A stretch of 64,000 nucleotides of DNA from a virus, in IMG/VR virus record IMGVR_UViG_3300005731_000013, positions 64,001 to 128,000 of that record, one strand, 5' to 3'. The notes under the pieces were generated by a model that was not told the DNA's origin, ran no database searches, and saw nothing but the letters and a program-made list of their open reading frames with translations. The number at the start of each line of letters is the position of its first letter. The stretch's first letter is position 1. The position numbers and the translations under genes were made by a program. Below are positions 47,416-58,236 of this stretch, piece by piece.

Positions 47416-50400
47416 ATGGCTGAAATCGGCAGAACAAGTTTTAAAAGTAGTACCCAGACCACATATCCAGATAATACAACAGGTGAAATTTCTCCAGCAG
47501 ATATCCGTACACAAATGGATAATATTGCAGATTCAACAGTATTTAAAGGCACAGGCAAATCTAGAGCACCAAGTAATGATGATGACTCAGTTGGAACAGG
47601 TGGCGAAGGAACATATAATGTAGGTGACATATGGGTAGATACCACATCAAACAATGTATATACATGTCTGGATGATACTGCATTTAATGCTGTTTGGTAT
47701 GTATATGCAGATCAAACATTTGTTGATAGTAGATATCATATAAATGGATATGCTACTCGTGATGAATTGGTGACGGCCCGACCATCATTAACATTGGTTG
47801 ATGGCATGATTATTGCGGCCGCAGGCATTTTATATAAAGTTGTATTGGGTGATACTTCAATTTCAGATTTACATGACTTGGTTCCATTTGGAACAGTAAC
47901 ACCGTATCATTGGACTGAAAATGTGGATCCAGGAACAACTGATATGAGTATTGCGTTACAATTAGCAGTTAATTATGAGACCGCAGTTGGCATGGGATTC
48001 AAATCATATATTGACCTATTAGGTCAAGATATTCTCGTATCTAACCAAACATTTTTTAATAATAGACAAAATTTAACTATTGCAAATGGTAAAATTATAG
48101 CAAATTCTGTCGATATATGGCCTACGGTGTCTGGACAACCTGCTCCTATATTTGATTGTAGTGGCGATGAAACAAAATATATTAACTTTACACAATTATA
48201 CATTGAATGTTCGTTTGTTGCAAGTGGTATTCGATTTAAAGAATCTTCACAATGTTCAGTATTTGATATCGAAATTCATGGCATGGGTGATAATGGGTAT
48301 GGTATTAAAACAGCAACATCTGCAGATAATTTAAAATTGACAAATGTCACAGTGCAACAATATGATGTAGATGAAGCAGGGTTTGATGATCAAACATATA
48401 GAACAGCTTATGGTTTTGAAATTCGAACAGCAAATATAGTTATGAGTGGATGTACAGCTGGTTATTGCTTATATCCATTTTATAAAACAAGTGGCGGTTC
48501 TTGGCAACTAAATAACTGTCATTTTTTCAATGGTGATTTGACAACAGTAACTGACGCAGATGCAATTTATACTGCATATATCAACAGCCCTGATGATGGT
48601 TTGATTGTTGGTAACTACTTTGAGGGCGGAACATGTTTTGTAAACGTCAATACCTTGGATAATGGCAGCACTGATACATTATTGTTCAGTGGTAACAGGT
48701 TCAATAAGGCTGGATCAGATGTAAACTATGCTATCCAATTTGATACATCTGTTGCAAATAATGACGTTCGAGGACTGATTTTGAATGATGTTCATTTTGG
48801 TGGGTATGTAACAGATGTAGCTTGGACCACTTCCGATTCAGGATCATTTTCATCACCTAAATTATATAAATTAGGTTACGTGGCTGAAAGCGGTAGTGGA
48901 GATCCAGAAGGCATTCATCCAACACCAAATAGCAATACTCAATTACGCCCTGTGCAATTTGGCGCATATGATGCGGGTGATACTACTGAAATCGAAGATT
49001 TTATTACCTATTTTGAAGCAGAACGAATAGTAAATGTTTATGTTGCACCAACTGCCAGTGGTGATGAAGATGGAACATCGGCATCTGATCCTACAACTAT
49101 AGATGCAGGAATGAGATTTATTCAGGCGTCTATGGTAGGAACTCGTAATACTGAGTATAGATTGGTGTTGGCAGCAGGAACATATACTGATATAACACAA
49201 CAATTGTTTATATCTGGAACAGAACAAAAATGGTTCTTTAATAATAATTTATTGGTGATTCAAGGACCATACTTGTCTGGATTGACACCAACAGCAATAA
49301 TTGATGGAACAACATTAAATGATACATGGCTCAAACAAACGCACCATCTAGGGTTGCCATTTTATATTTACATTAAAAATGTTAAATTTGTGAATTTTGA
49401 TTCTGAACGGCCAATGTCATTATGGTATGGCGGAGGTGCAATTATGTTGGAAAATGTGCATTGTGATGGCGCAGCAGGATTGATTGACGCTAGACATTGT
49501 ATCGTTAGATGTAATGGTTCAGATGCAGCAAATCCGGCTCTAATTGAAAATCATACTAATACTGCAATTGTTGTTCAACAAGGTTATTATCGAATTGGTG
49601 ATAATGCTGATGTAGGAAATGATTATGTAATTGAATTCAATGGTACAGGCACTGCAATTCAAATTAGCAGAAATTCAATGGGATATGTGAGGTCTTGTGT
49701 ATTAACAAATGGCGCAAATTTAATCCAATTAGAAAAAAGTTCGCGTGTTAGAACACAAAACAATACTGGAACTGCCTGGACAAATGCATTTATTACAAAA
49801 GATAATGAAAGTGTGTGGGATGATGATTATTCGAACTATCCTGATGTATTTACAGGAGCGGCTGCCGGAACACCTGTATTAAAAATACATGGTCAAACAA
49901 TGCCATTTGAATCTACTGTTGGAGACGAAGTTGGACACAAACATTTCAGAGGACCACAAATAACACTTAGACCAGATACCTTGGCAGCAATCGATAATTT
50001 ATCAGAAGGCGTAAATTATGAAATTTCATCAATTACTGATGTTGACTGGGCTGCACTTGGTGGGCCTGCATCCGCAGTTGTAGGTGATACATTTACCTGT
50101 ACCGCATCAGGAACAGCACCTGGTTTGGCATATACTTTAGATTTGGATATAAGTGAATATTCAACAGGTGGTTCTGAATATGCAGGTATTGCTAGATTGC
50201 CAATGTGGTTTTGGTTTTCAGATACAGCCATGGTAAGATTCAAATATACGATTGAAATTATAGCTGATGATGACATTGGGTTTGAAGTCAAGTGCGGAAC
50301 ACAAAGTTTAGGATCAATTGATCTGCCTGCATTCTATCCATCAAGTGGTTCTTTTGAACGGTGGACAATTGATGGCACAATTTTTGGAACCGTTGAAGGA

Positions 50401-50601
50401 CAATCATCAGGATATTATACATTTGTTGCAAGCCCCAATCATGGATCACCAATAGCACATGGTCATGATACTGATTCATTTAACAATGCAAGTTTAAGAA
50501 GTGCATCTGGTGACACGAATGATTGGGCCAGTATTGTCAAATTTGGAAATGCTGCGGATGAAATTAGAGTCACAATGATGACGTCATGGGTTACACCATG
50601 A
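47416..50601 (+). CDS. Tail spike with beta-helix modules
   Basis: N-terminal anchor shared with 50629 ORF; TPYHW..PGTTDMSIALQLAV cap; second module VYVAPTASGDEDGTSASDP. Confidence 0.72.
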   Translation: MAEIGRTSFKSSTQTTYPDNTTGEISPADIRTQMDNIADSTVFKGTGKSRAPSNDDDSVGTGGEGTYNVGDIWVDTTSNNVYTCLDDTAFNAVWYVYADQTFVDSRYHINGYATRDELVTARPSLTLVDGMIIAAAGILYKVVLGDTSISDLHDLVPFGTVTPYHWTENVDPGTTDMSIALQLAVNYETAVGMGFKSYIDLLGQDILVSNQTFFNNRQNLTIANGKIIANSVDIWPTVSGQPAPIFDCSGDETKYINFTQLYIECSFVASGIRFKESSQCSVFDIEIHGMGDNGYGIKTATSADNLKLTNVTVQQYDVDEAGFDDQTYRTAYGFEIRTANIVMSGCTAGYCLYPFYKTSGGSWQLNNCHFFNGDLTTVTDADAIYTAYINSPDDGLIVGNYFEGGTCFVNVNTLDNGSTDTLLFSGNRFNKAGSDVNYAIQFDTSVANNDVRGLILNDVHFGGYVTDVAWTTSDSGSFSSPKLYKLGYVAESGSGDPEGIHPTPNSNTQLRPVQFGAYDAGDTTEIEDFITYFEAERIVNVYVAPTASGDEDGTSASDPTTIDAGMRFIQASMVGTRNTEYRLVLAAGTYTDITQQLFISGTEQKWFFNNNLLVIQGPYLSGLTPTAIIDGTTLNDTWLKQTHHLGLPFYIYIKNVKFVNFDSERPMSLWYGGGAIMLENVHCDGAAGLIDARHCIVRCNGSDAANPALIENHTNTAIVVQQGYYRIGDNADVGNDYVIEFNGTGTAIQISRNSMGYVRSCVLTNGANLIQLEKSSRVRTQNNTGTAWTNAFITKDNESVWDDDYSNYPDVFTGAAAGTPVLKIHGQTMPFESTVGDEVGHKHFRGPQITLRPDTLAAIDNLSEGVNYEISSITDVDWAALGGPASAVVGDTFTCTASGTAPGLAYTLDLDISEYSTGGSEYAGIARLPMWFWFSDTAMVRFKYTIEIIADDDIGFEVKCGTQSLGSIDLPAFYPSSGSFERWTIDGTIFGTVEGQSSGYYTFVASPNHGSPIAHGHDTDSFNNASLRSASGDTNDWASIVKFGNAADEIRVTMMTSWVTP

Positions 50602-50628
50602 TATTAAACAATATGGATATAAAATAAA

Positions 50629-53127
50629 ATGACACAAATTGATAGCACAGAATTTAAATCAGTAACCAGCATTAATTTTGCAGACAATGCCGTCGGTGAA
50701 ATTAGTGCAAATGATTTACGAGTACAAATGGATAACATTGCTGATAGTGTATCATTTGTAAAAACTAGTAATACAATTGACCCGACATCAAATGACGATG
50801 GAGCAAATACAAATGGATCTGGAACATTCCAAGTAGGTGACCAATGGGTTAATGAAACTAGCGAAACTACTTTCATTTGTGTAGATAATTCTACAACTGA
50901 TGCCAAATGGGTGACAACAGGTGGCGGACTAAATGTAACAATTTCCAATACACCTACAGTAAATGAATTAGCATATTTTTCAAGTACAAACGAAATTGAA
51001 GGCATTCAAAGTATCACCTATACTCCTGATCAATTGTCAATTGGTGATGATACAAAGGTAAGTATCGGTGCTAGTGATCCATTAGGTGATGTTTTATTGC
51101 AGATCGGAAGTGATGAAATTGACATAGATAATTTATTACATCTAGAATCAAATGATCAAGTAGTGTCAATGTCAATGTCTGACAGCATCGGGTCCTCGAT
51201 GATTATTAATGATGAAGGCATTTTAAGATTCAAAGTTGGAGGGCTACCAACCACCCCTGGAACAGATTCTACAGAAATGTTGAATATTGATCCAGGTGCT
51301 GATAGTGTTACTGTTTCAGCCGCTGATCTGTTTGTAAATGATAATAATGTATGGCATAGTGGTAATCAAGGCACGGAAAGTGGTCTAGATGCAGATCTAT
51401 TAGATGGGAAAGAAGGCAGTTACTATTTGACTGCTTCTAAGATGATTAATGTTGCAACATATATCCCTGATGCTGCAAGTCATGATGAAGCATTTGCAAA
51501 TGCAATCGCAGATGTCCCAGAAGGATCAAATGGGACCATTTATGTCCCATATATTGGAACACATTATGTATTAAGTGATTATGTTGATTTAGATGGAAGA
51601 CAAATTACTTGGCATGTTGACGAACAAGCACAATTTGGCGGAGCGAATGGCGCCTGGCCATTACTGAATGGTCCTATCAATACAGGCAGATCAATATCAA
51701 TGCGAGGATTTAGTAACTACAATGATACTTGTAACCTCACATTGCTGTCAGGACCTGGTGCGACAGGTAGTCGTGAAGCTGGTATTTCAGGATATACACC
51801 AAATACTGTTGAGGCGCAAGCATATAGTCATGAACGTGGTCGGGCAGGTATGTATATTGGTATTGGTGATGGTAGTGATATCGAAGTACCTGATGCAACC
51901 TTTACAGCAACATCATTTACACCATTGGTGCCAATTGATGCATCATTGACAGCCCAAATACAAATAGGAATGTTTGTTGATGTGGCTGGTGATATGTTGT
52001 CAGGTGTTCCTTTAAGGTATACTTCACGTATCACAAGTGTTGAAAAAAATGAAGATGGTGAAGCCATCTTAGTGAATGTCGAGCAATGGTATTATGCAAC
52101 TGCGATTGGCTCAGCAGCATCACCAGGTATTCCAGTCGGAACTAATGCAGTTGTTATCAACCCACATAACAAAATTTGGGGCATTAATATTAATACATAT
52201 CTAAGAAAGACGTCTGGTGACAAATATGGCGAAACATCTGGGTCATGGATAGAATGCGGCGTATTGAACCAAACTGGAACAGATGCAACTAATGATTTCG
52301 ATGCAAACTCACATCCATTGCACTTTTATGGATATGACGCAGCCAATTTGGCAGACTCTACAAATAAAGCAGGGGTAGCATTCATTTGCCGAGGCTCATC
52401 ACAAGGTTGGTGGCAAGGGTTCCGTAACATAGGCGCTGACATTGGATTCCATAATGATGGGACAAGTGGTAATGACGGCAATTTAGGTTTCGTATCTAGT
52501 TCAGGATATGTAGGCAATGCATCATATACTGATGGACACATTGATTCAGATTTCTTAAGTAGAACTAAAGTTGGTGGTGTTTATGAAAATAACTTCAGGG
52601 TGGTTGGTAGCTTGCCAATGATCGAATTAGGTCGAAGAAATGTCGCAACAACACCAAGAATTAAATTTTTTGCAGATGGAACTGCTAGTGATGATGATGA
52701 TGCATTTAATGGTAGTATAACACAAAATAATGCGACAATGAATATTGCTGCAACTAATATCGATTTAACTGCAAGTGTTGTCGATGTTAGTGGAACATTG
52801 CAACGAACAAATGTGCTAACAACAGCATCAGGTGCGTCATATACATTGGTGATTGGTGATCGTGACGCAATTGTAACAATGGACCATACAATTGCGAATA
52901 CATTGACAATCCCTGCAGAATCTACAGTTGATTATGCTGTTGGAACTGAAATCAAAGTTATTCAAGTTGGTGCTGGGATTACAACAATTGATGTTGATAC
53001 TGGTGTAACATTGAATAATGTAGTAAACGGTTCTGGAGATTTAGCAAATGCAGGTGATTGTGTCAATCTAGTCAAAGTAGCATCTGACACATGGTGGGCT
53101 GTTGGCGACATTGGGGCGGTTGCATAA
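50629..53127 (+). CDS. Tail fibre/spike protein
   Basis: Shared N-terminal anchor; fibre motif VWHSGNQGTESGLDADLLDG. Confidence 0.72.
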   Translation: MTQIDSTEFKSVTSINFADNAVGEISANDLRVQMDNIADSVSFVKTSNTIDPTSNDDGANTNGSGTFQVGDQWVNETSETTFICVDNSTTDAKWVTTGGGLNVTISNTPTVNELAYFSSTNEIEGIQSITYTPDQLSIGDDTKVSIGASDPLGDVLLQIGSDEIDIDNLLHLESNDQVVSMSMSDSIGSSMIINDEGILRFKVGGLPTTPGTDSTEMLNIDPGADSVTVSAADLFVNDNNVWHSGNQGTESGLDADLLDGKEGSYYLTASKMINVATYIPDAASHDEAFANAIADVPEGSNGTIYVPYIGTHYVLSDYVDLDGRQITWHVDEQAQFGGANGAWPLLNGPINTGRSISMRGFSNYNDTCNLTLLSGPGATGSREAGISGYTPNTVEAQAYSHERGRAGMYIGIGDGSDIEVPDATFTATSFTPLVPIDASLTAQIQIGMFVDVAGDMLSGVPLRYTSRITSVEKNEDGEAILVNVEQWYYATAIGSAASPGIPVGTNAVVINPHNKIWGININTYLRKTSGDKYGETSGSWIECGVLNQTGTDATNDFDANSHPLHFYGYDAANLADSTNKAGVAFICRGSSQGWWQGFRNIGADIGFHNDGTSGNDGNLGFVSSSGYVGNASYTDGHIDSDFLSRTKVGGVYENNFRVVGSLPMIELGRRNVATTPRIKFFADGTASDDDDAFNGSITQNNATMNIAATNIDLTASVVDVSGTLQRTNVLTTASGASYTLVIGDRDAIVTMDHTIANTLTIPAESTVDYAVGTEIKVIQVGAGITTIDVDTGVTLNNVVNGSGDLANAGDCVNLVKVASDTWWAVGDIGAVA

Positions 53128-53129
53128 GC

Positions 53130-53137
53130 AATAAATA
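53130..53137 (+). promoter_or_regulatory. Late promoter (AATAAATA)
   Basis: About 20 nt before GTG 53158 with AAGGA. Confidence 0.55.
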
Positions 53138-53157
53138 TTCAAAATAAAGGAATTTGC

Positions 53158-53733
53158 GTGGAATATATGAAAATAAATGTCCAAGGACATGTATTAATTA
53201 CAGATGTAGATAGTGGGCAAATTTTGTTGAATCGCCGTAATGCAATTCATAATGAAAATATGAGCGTTGCTATTGCTAGTACATTAACTGCATCGACAGA
53301 TATAAATGATAAACTTAGTGTGATAGGCACTATGGCATTTGGTAATGGTGGTGTGATTGTTGAAGGCAATGGCAACGTCATCTATAATGAAACAAATGTT
53401 ATTGAAACAACAGCAGAATTATATAACAAAACATATGAAAAAGATGTAAATTTTTCATATTCAAATGATTATGAAAATAACACAAAAATTGTTCATACAA
53501 ATGGAAAAACATATACTGATATTGTTGTAACTTGCACATTATCATATGATGAGCCACAAGGTCAAGATCCCTATGATGATACAGCAGATCAAGAAGGCGA
53601 TTTTGTTTTTGATGAAATAGGATTAGTGTCACAACAAGGACGATTATTGACGCATTTAATATTCCATCCTGTTCAAAAATCTGCAAATAGAAAAATACAA
53701 GTCATTTATACAGTTAGACTCACACTCAATTAA
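53158..53733 (+). CDS. Baseplate/tail structural protein
   Basis: MAFGNGG, FDEIGL, LLTHLIFHPVQKSANR; context within tail block. Confidence 0.6.
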   Translation: MEYMKINVQGHVLITDVDSGQILLNRRNAIHNENMSVAIASTLTASTDINDKLSVIGTMAFGNGGVIVEGNGNVIYNETNVIETTAELYNKTYEKDVNFSYSNDYENNTKIVHTNGKTYTDIVVTCTLSYDEPQGQDPYDDTADQEGDFVFDEIGLVSQQGRLLTHLIFHPVQKSANRKIQVIYTVRLTLN

Positions 53734-53749
53734 GTGCCTGGTTTAAAAG

Positions 53750-53757
53750 CATAAATA
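53750..53757 (+). promoter_or_regulatory. Late promoter (CATAAATA)
   Basis: About 23 nt before ATG 53781. Confidence 0.55.
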
Positions 53758-53780
53758 TCGTAAAGAATAGGTAAAATTCA

Positions 53781-54863
53781 ATGGCATATACAATTAATTA
53801 TTCAAATGGGACCAAAACTGCATTAAGTGTAGCTAATGGTGCCGTAGATACAACTACAAATATTGGTTTAGTAGGACAAAGTTATAAAAATTATGGTGAA
53901 GTAATAGCTGAAGATTTGCTTCATTTATTGGAAAATTTTGCAAATGGTGTAGCACCAACAAAACCAGTAGAAGGACAGATTTGGTATGATTCGTCTGCAA
54001 AGCTATTAAAATATTTTGATAATACAATTGACAATTCAGGCAATTGGAAACCAATTGCATCAATGTCAGTTACATCATCACAACCAACTGGTGATGGCGA
54101 GAATGAAGGACATTTTTGGATCAATACTGAAACAAATGAGTTCAATGTTTATTATAATGGCGAATGGATAACAATCAATCAAATTGGTTCGGATACCTCT
54201 GTAAAAAATAGGCAACGCCTTGCACGAGATGGTTCACAACGCAATACATTAGAATATATTGTAGGTAGTGAAATTGTTGCTATTGTTAGTGCAGGTCCAG
54301 ATGAAGATGGTTTCGGTTATTGGCGTCCCGCAAATGCAGGCCCGACTGCTGAATATCTAGAAGATGGCACAACATTGTTAGATACACAATTTGGTCAAAT
54401 TTATAAAGGGTTTAATCTTAACAATGCGAATACTGGAGAATACATTTATCATGGTACTGCAACAACCGCACGTTATGCTGACCTTGCAGAACGTTATCAT
54501 GCTGATGACAATTATGATGCAGGAACAGTAGTCAAACTTGGTGGAATTAATGAAGTAACTATAACTGATAGTGAATATTGTTCTCAAATTTTTGGAGTTG
54601 TTTCAAGTAAACCTGGTGTAAGAATGAATGAAGCAGCAGGTCCGAGTGATACACACCCATATATTGCACTTGCAGGTCGTGTCCCGGTCAAAGTAACAGG
54701 TCAGGTCCGTAAAGGAGATAGATTGGTAACGTCATCAATCGATGGACATGCTATGAGTGGCGGAGAAAATGGCGTGAACTGGGAAATGGTAATTGGCCGA
54801 GCATTAGAAGATAAATTAGATGATGCTATAGGCATGATTGAGGTTGCTGTAGGAAACAAATAA
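53781..54863 (+). CDS. Baseplate/short fibre protein with C-terminal peptidase G2-like intramolecular chaperone domain
   Basis: N-terminal LLENFA..P.KPVEGQIWYD; C-terminal YADLAERY...GVVS..PG...IALAGRVPVKV...KGDRLVTS. Confidence 0.7.
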   Translation: MAYTINYSNGTKTALSVANGAVDTTTNIGLVGQSYKNYGEVIAEDLLHLLENFANGVAPTKPVEGQIWYDSSAKLLKYFDNTIDNSGNWKPIASMSVTSSQPTGDGENEGHFWINTETNEFNVYYNGEWITINQIGSDTSVKNRQRLARDGSQRNTLEYIVGSEIVAIVSAGPDEDGFGYWRPANAGPTAEYLEDGTTLLDTQFGQIYKGFNLNNANTGEYIYHGTATTARYADLAERYHADDNYDAGTVVKLGGINEVTITDSEYCSQIFGVVSSKPGVRMNEAAGPSDTHPYIALAGRVPVKVTGQVRKGDRLVTSSIDGHAMSGGENGVNWEMVIGRALEDKLDDAIGMIEVAVGNK

Positions 54864-54864
54864 C

Positions 54865-56118
54865 GTGGATATTCAGACTGGTGATACAATTGAAATACAA
54901 CATTATAATGAGCTGGCTTTAGAAGTCAATAGACTTTATAGTGATAATACTGTCGGTTTAGATTGGACAACATCTGACATAATTTTAGACGATGTAGCTG
55001 ACCCGGCAGGAGAGCCTATTTTGGCTAAAAGAACATTGTCACCAATACCACTATTTGATGATTATTTAGTTGTCACAATTGATGATGTAACATTGACTGA
55101 GTCAATTGATTATTCAGTTAATTTTACAACTGGTGAAATTACATTTGTTTACGCTTTATCACCTGATGCTGTTTTAAAAGTATACAATAAAACAACACAC
55201 AGGTATGGATGGGGGCAGACTGCTAGCATTTATCCGATAACAGTCGGTGATGAAATTGTTCGTGCAGATGAAACAGTGTCACAGGCCTATCTAGAAGCCA
55301 ATACTAATAATCTATTAGATAAAGTCAACATAATGGAAATTCGAACTGGCGGCCCTACTGAATTGACTCGTTACAACAAAGGTCAAATTATTTCTGCATC
55401 AGACAAAATGATAATTCAATCAACTATTGCTGATGATATTGTTGTTGATGACAATTATTGGAAAAATGAAATAGCTACTGTATCATCAGATTTTGAATCA
55501 TTTACTCGGTCATCTGATTGGGATGATCAATTAGTAGGCGAATATAGGTTTACGTGGGATAGTTATGCCGCCATGCGATATTTTTTCAATTCAGGTTGTA
55601 ATCTTAGACTCTATCTAGAAATGTCAGGTGACGTTAGTAACCAAGGATATTACAATTGGAATCAAGTCATAACTGATATGGGCACGCTAATTATCGATTA
55701 TACTACAACGTCACAAACAGGAACTGGCGGGACTAGTGAATCATTAGGAATGTATGATTTAACTAGCACGTACCAAAAGATATTCACATCTGGTTCGCCA
55801 TCTAACCCAGTTAGCGAAAATGGACCTAATCCTGGCGAATATGGTGACTTTGATGAATATGGTGATTGGTCAGCATTAACTTTGGTATGGCATGCAAGAA
55901 TATCAGATGATACTCCATCAAATGGAGAAATTAGTTTAGATGTTAGAGTTGTGTTGGATGACATGGATATGAATTTGACCACTGTCGGAACAACATCAAA
56001 ATATGGCGGTTATAAATTGGCTGATGATGTTGTGGATAATTCAGCAACATTTAGTATGGCTGATTATGTGCCAGTAATATCTGAATTGAATAACTTTGAA
56101 AATGATGACGACAGCTAA
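54865..56118 (+). CDS. Virion structural protein
   Basis: Acidic, YGWGQ and RYFFNSG motifs; GTG start coupled to upstream gene. Confidence 0.6.
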   Translation: MDIQTGDTIEIQHYNELALEVNRLYSDNTVGLDWTTSDIILDDVADPAGEPILAKRTLSPIPLFDDYLVVTIDDVTLTESIDYSVNFTTGEITFVYALSPDAVLKVYNKTTHRYGWGQTASIYPITVGDEIVRADETVSQAYLEANTNNLLDKVNIMEIRTGGPTELTRYNKGQIISASDKMIIQSTIADDIVVDDNYWKNEIATVSSDFESFTRSSDWDDQLVGEYRFTWDSYAAMRYFFNSGCNLRLYLEMSGDVSNQGYYNWNQVITDMGTLIIDYTTTSQTGTGGTSESLGMYDLTSTYQKIFTSGSPSNPVSENGPNPGEYGDFDEYGDWSALTLVWHARISDDTPSNGEISLDVRVVLDDMDMNLTTVGTTSKYGGYKLADDVVDNSATFSMADYVPVISELNNFENDDDS

Positions 56119-56132
56119 GTCTTAGAAATCAT

Positions 56133-56161
56133 TTGACTTTTTAACAAAAAACGTATATTAT
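56133..56161 (+). promoter_or_regulatory. sigma70-type promoter for the glycosyltransferase/radical SAM operon
   Basis: TTGACT-17 nt-TATTAT. Confidence 0.75.
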
Positions 56162-56186
56162 AAAAAGAACTTTACATGGAGTGAAT

Positions 56187-56534
56187 ATGGATACACGACT
56201 TGAAAAGGCGCTTGCCTTCTCTAAATACCGTTCTACGATTGAAAATCGTAGAACTGCATTGCTACGTAGATTGAATGCAATGATAGTAACACATTATAAT
56301 AATGGCATGTTTAATGCAGATGAAACCACGATCACATATGTGAAAGCATTAATTGATACTGGCATGTCAGACGCAATAGTATTGGATTCAAAAAATAATC
56401 CTATTGTAATTGCAGACTTGTCTGAATTTTTATCAATATTATTTGAAAATCGTCATGCTGCTATAAATGAATATGCTGATGAAATAAACAAATTAAATAA
56501 AGCACGTAATGTTAAAAAAGCAATGGATTGGTGA
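56187..56534 (+). CDS. Hypothetical protein, first gene of the operon
   Basis: GGAG ribosome site fits ATG 56187 better than GTG 56181. Confidence 0.7.
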   Translation: MDTRLEKALAFSKYRSTIENRRTALLRRLNAMIVTHYNNGMFNADETTITYVKALIDTGMSDAIVLDSKNNPIVIADLSEFLSILFENRHAAINEYADEINKLNKARNVKKAMDW

Positions 56535-57418
56535 TGACATCAGGAATTGCTTTTTTTGCGTATAATACAGAACAAATTAATTATCTTAAATTGGCAAGGT
56601 TAGCTGCATTATATGCTGCGAAATATATGCCTGGATACCCGATTTGTTTAATTACAGACGATGCTAGTTGGAAATGGTTTGTCGAGTCTGACGATTATAT
56701 TGATGATGATTTGTTTGACACCATAGTGTTTACAGATCAACCTTCAAGTGATAATAAACGACTACATAAAGATTCGCCTTATACAAAATTTGTAAGTGCA
56801 TTTAAAAATGGAAATAAACACCGTATAAATGAATTTACACCATATGACAAAACATTATTGCTTGATATTGATTATATTATTCAAAATAATGATTTAGCAT
56901 ATGTATTTGACAGTGATAGCAGCGTTGCATTATTTCATAATGCAGAAGATTTGATAGGTCGTCCACCTCATGTCGCACAACAGAGATTAAATGATATTGG
57001 TATTCCAATGTTATGGAGTACAGTTGTATATTTTGATAAACATGATGAAATATCAAAATTATTTTTTGATCTTTGGGCGCATGTTGCTGACAATTATGAT
57101 TTTTATCGTTTCACATATGGATTCACTGGTGAAATGTTTAGAACTGATTTTTGCGTCAGTATTGCATGTCATATATTGAATGGCATGGGTGCTGGCAATA
57201 TTATTGATGATTTTCCATCTCCTATGATTTATATGAGTCAATTAGATGATATTGTTTCCATAAATGATATAACAGATTGGATCTACTTAGTAAATGATAG
57301 GTTGGTTGAATGGGATGATAGTTTAACACGGATTGTCAATGAAAATGTCCATGTTATGAATAAACGTGCATTGGAACGTCATTTTAATGATTTGAATACA
57401 AAAATAGGTAACATATGA
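56528..57418 (+). CDS. Glycosyltransferase-like protein (GT-A fold, GT8-like)
   Basis: YPICLITD, TPYDKTLLLDIDYII (DxD), HVMNK; ATG 56534 is an alternative start. Confidence 0.7.
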   Translation: MVMTSGIAFFAYNTEQINYLKLARLAALYAAKYMPGYPICLITDDASWKWFVESDDYIDDDLFDTIVFTDQPSSDNKRLHKDSPYTKFVSAFKNGNKHRINEFTPYDKTLLLDIDYIIQNNDLAYVFDSDSSVALFHNAEDLIGRPPHVAQQRLNDIGIPMLWSTVVYFDKHDEISKLFFDLWAHVADNYDFYRFTYGFTGEMFRTDFCVSIACHILNGMGAGNIIDDFPSPMIYMSQLDDIVSINDITDWIYLVNDRLVEWDDSLTRIVNENVHVMNKRALERHFNDLNTKIGNI

Positions 57419-58236
57419 CACAAGGATATATATTTCTAGGGGTTGACGACTATGATAGTGCTGAGAATATCAAACATGCATATGCGTTGAGCTTGAGTTT
57501 AAAATTGGTCGATCCAACACGTGAAACATGTGTCGTCGTTAATAAATTCGCAGACGTTCCATCACGGTATGAAGAAGGATTTGATTATATCGTTGAATTA
57601 CCATTTGGCAGAACGGAAGTAAATCACCATGACATGTATATTGATTTATGGCAATTATATTATTGTACACCATTTGATGAAAGTATGTTTGTAGATACAT
57701 ATACTTTGTGTGTTGACAATATTGACAATCTATGGGATATTGCAGTGTTGGATGATTTAGTTTTTCCTGAAGCTGTCAATTATCGTAATGAATCATATAT
57801 AGATGAAAGATTCGATATTCAAGAAAAAAACAACATAATGCAATTTGACACTAAATTGATTTATTTCAAACAAAGTGAAAAATCTGCAGATTTTTTTAAG
57901 ATGGCAACACCTGTATTCAAATATTGGCGTGATAGTTATAGAGAATGTTTGGGTGAAAGCAGACCAGAAGATTTTAATTATAATGTGCTGCTTAACCTAG
58001 TAGGCAACTTATTATGCGACCATATAACTATAGCCAAATGGTTTACTTATAGGGACATTACTATCAACTTTTCAACAAATGATGAATGGATTGAAAATTT
58101 AAATATATGGTATACAAAAGATCTAACTTTGAAAGTTAACAACTATAATCAAGTTGGTTTTGTGCATTATGGCCAACCCGCTGTATTAACAGCATCTATA
58201 TTGAATAAATTAAATGACTATTACAACAAACATTAG
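57415..58236 (+). CDS. Glycosyltransferase-like paralog with degenerate DxD
   Basis: AYALSLSLK, FDYIVELP, TPFDESMFVDTY, VHY. Confidence 0.6.
   Translation: MTQGYIFLGVDDYDSAENIKHAYALSLSLKLVDPTRETCVVVNKFADVPSRYEEGFDYIVELPFGRTEVNHHDMYIDLWQLYYCTPFDESMFVDTYTLCVDNIDNLWDIAVLDDLVFPEAVNYRNESYIDERFDIQEKNNIMQFDTKLIYFKQSEKSADFFKMATPVFKYWRDSYRECLGESRPEDFNYNVLLNLVGNLLCDHITIAKWFTYRDITINFSTNDEWIENLNIWYTKDLTLKVNNYNQVGFVHYGQPAVLTASILNKLNDYYNKH

Noticed and set aside
50604-51005. 133-aa minus-strand ORF and similar short antisense ORFs in the tail genes
   Set aside because: Shadow frames of long structural genes
42658-56118. Diversity-generating retroelement or invertible cassette acting on fibres
   Set aside because: No reverse transcriptase, recombinase or near-identical TR/VR pair seen
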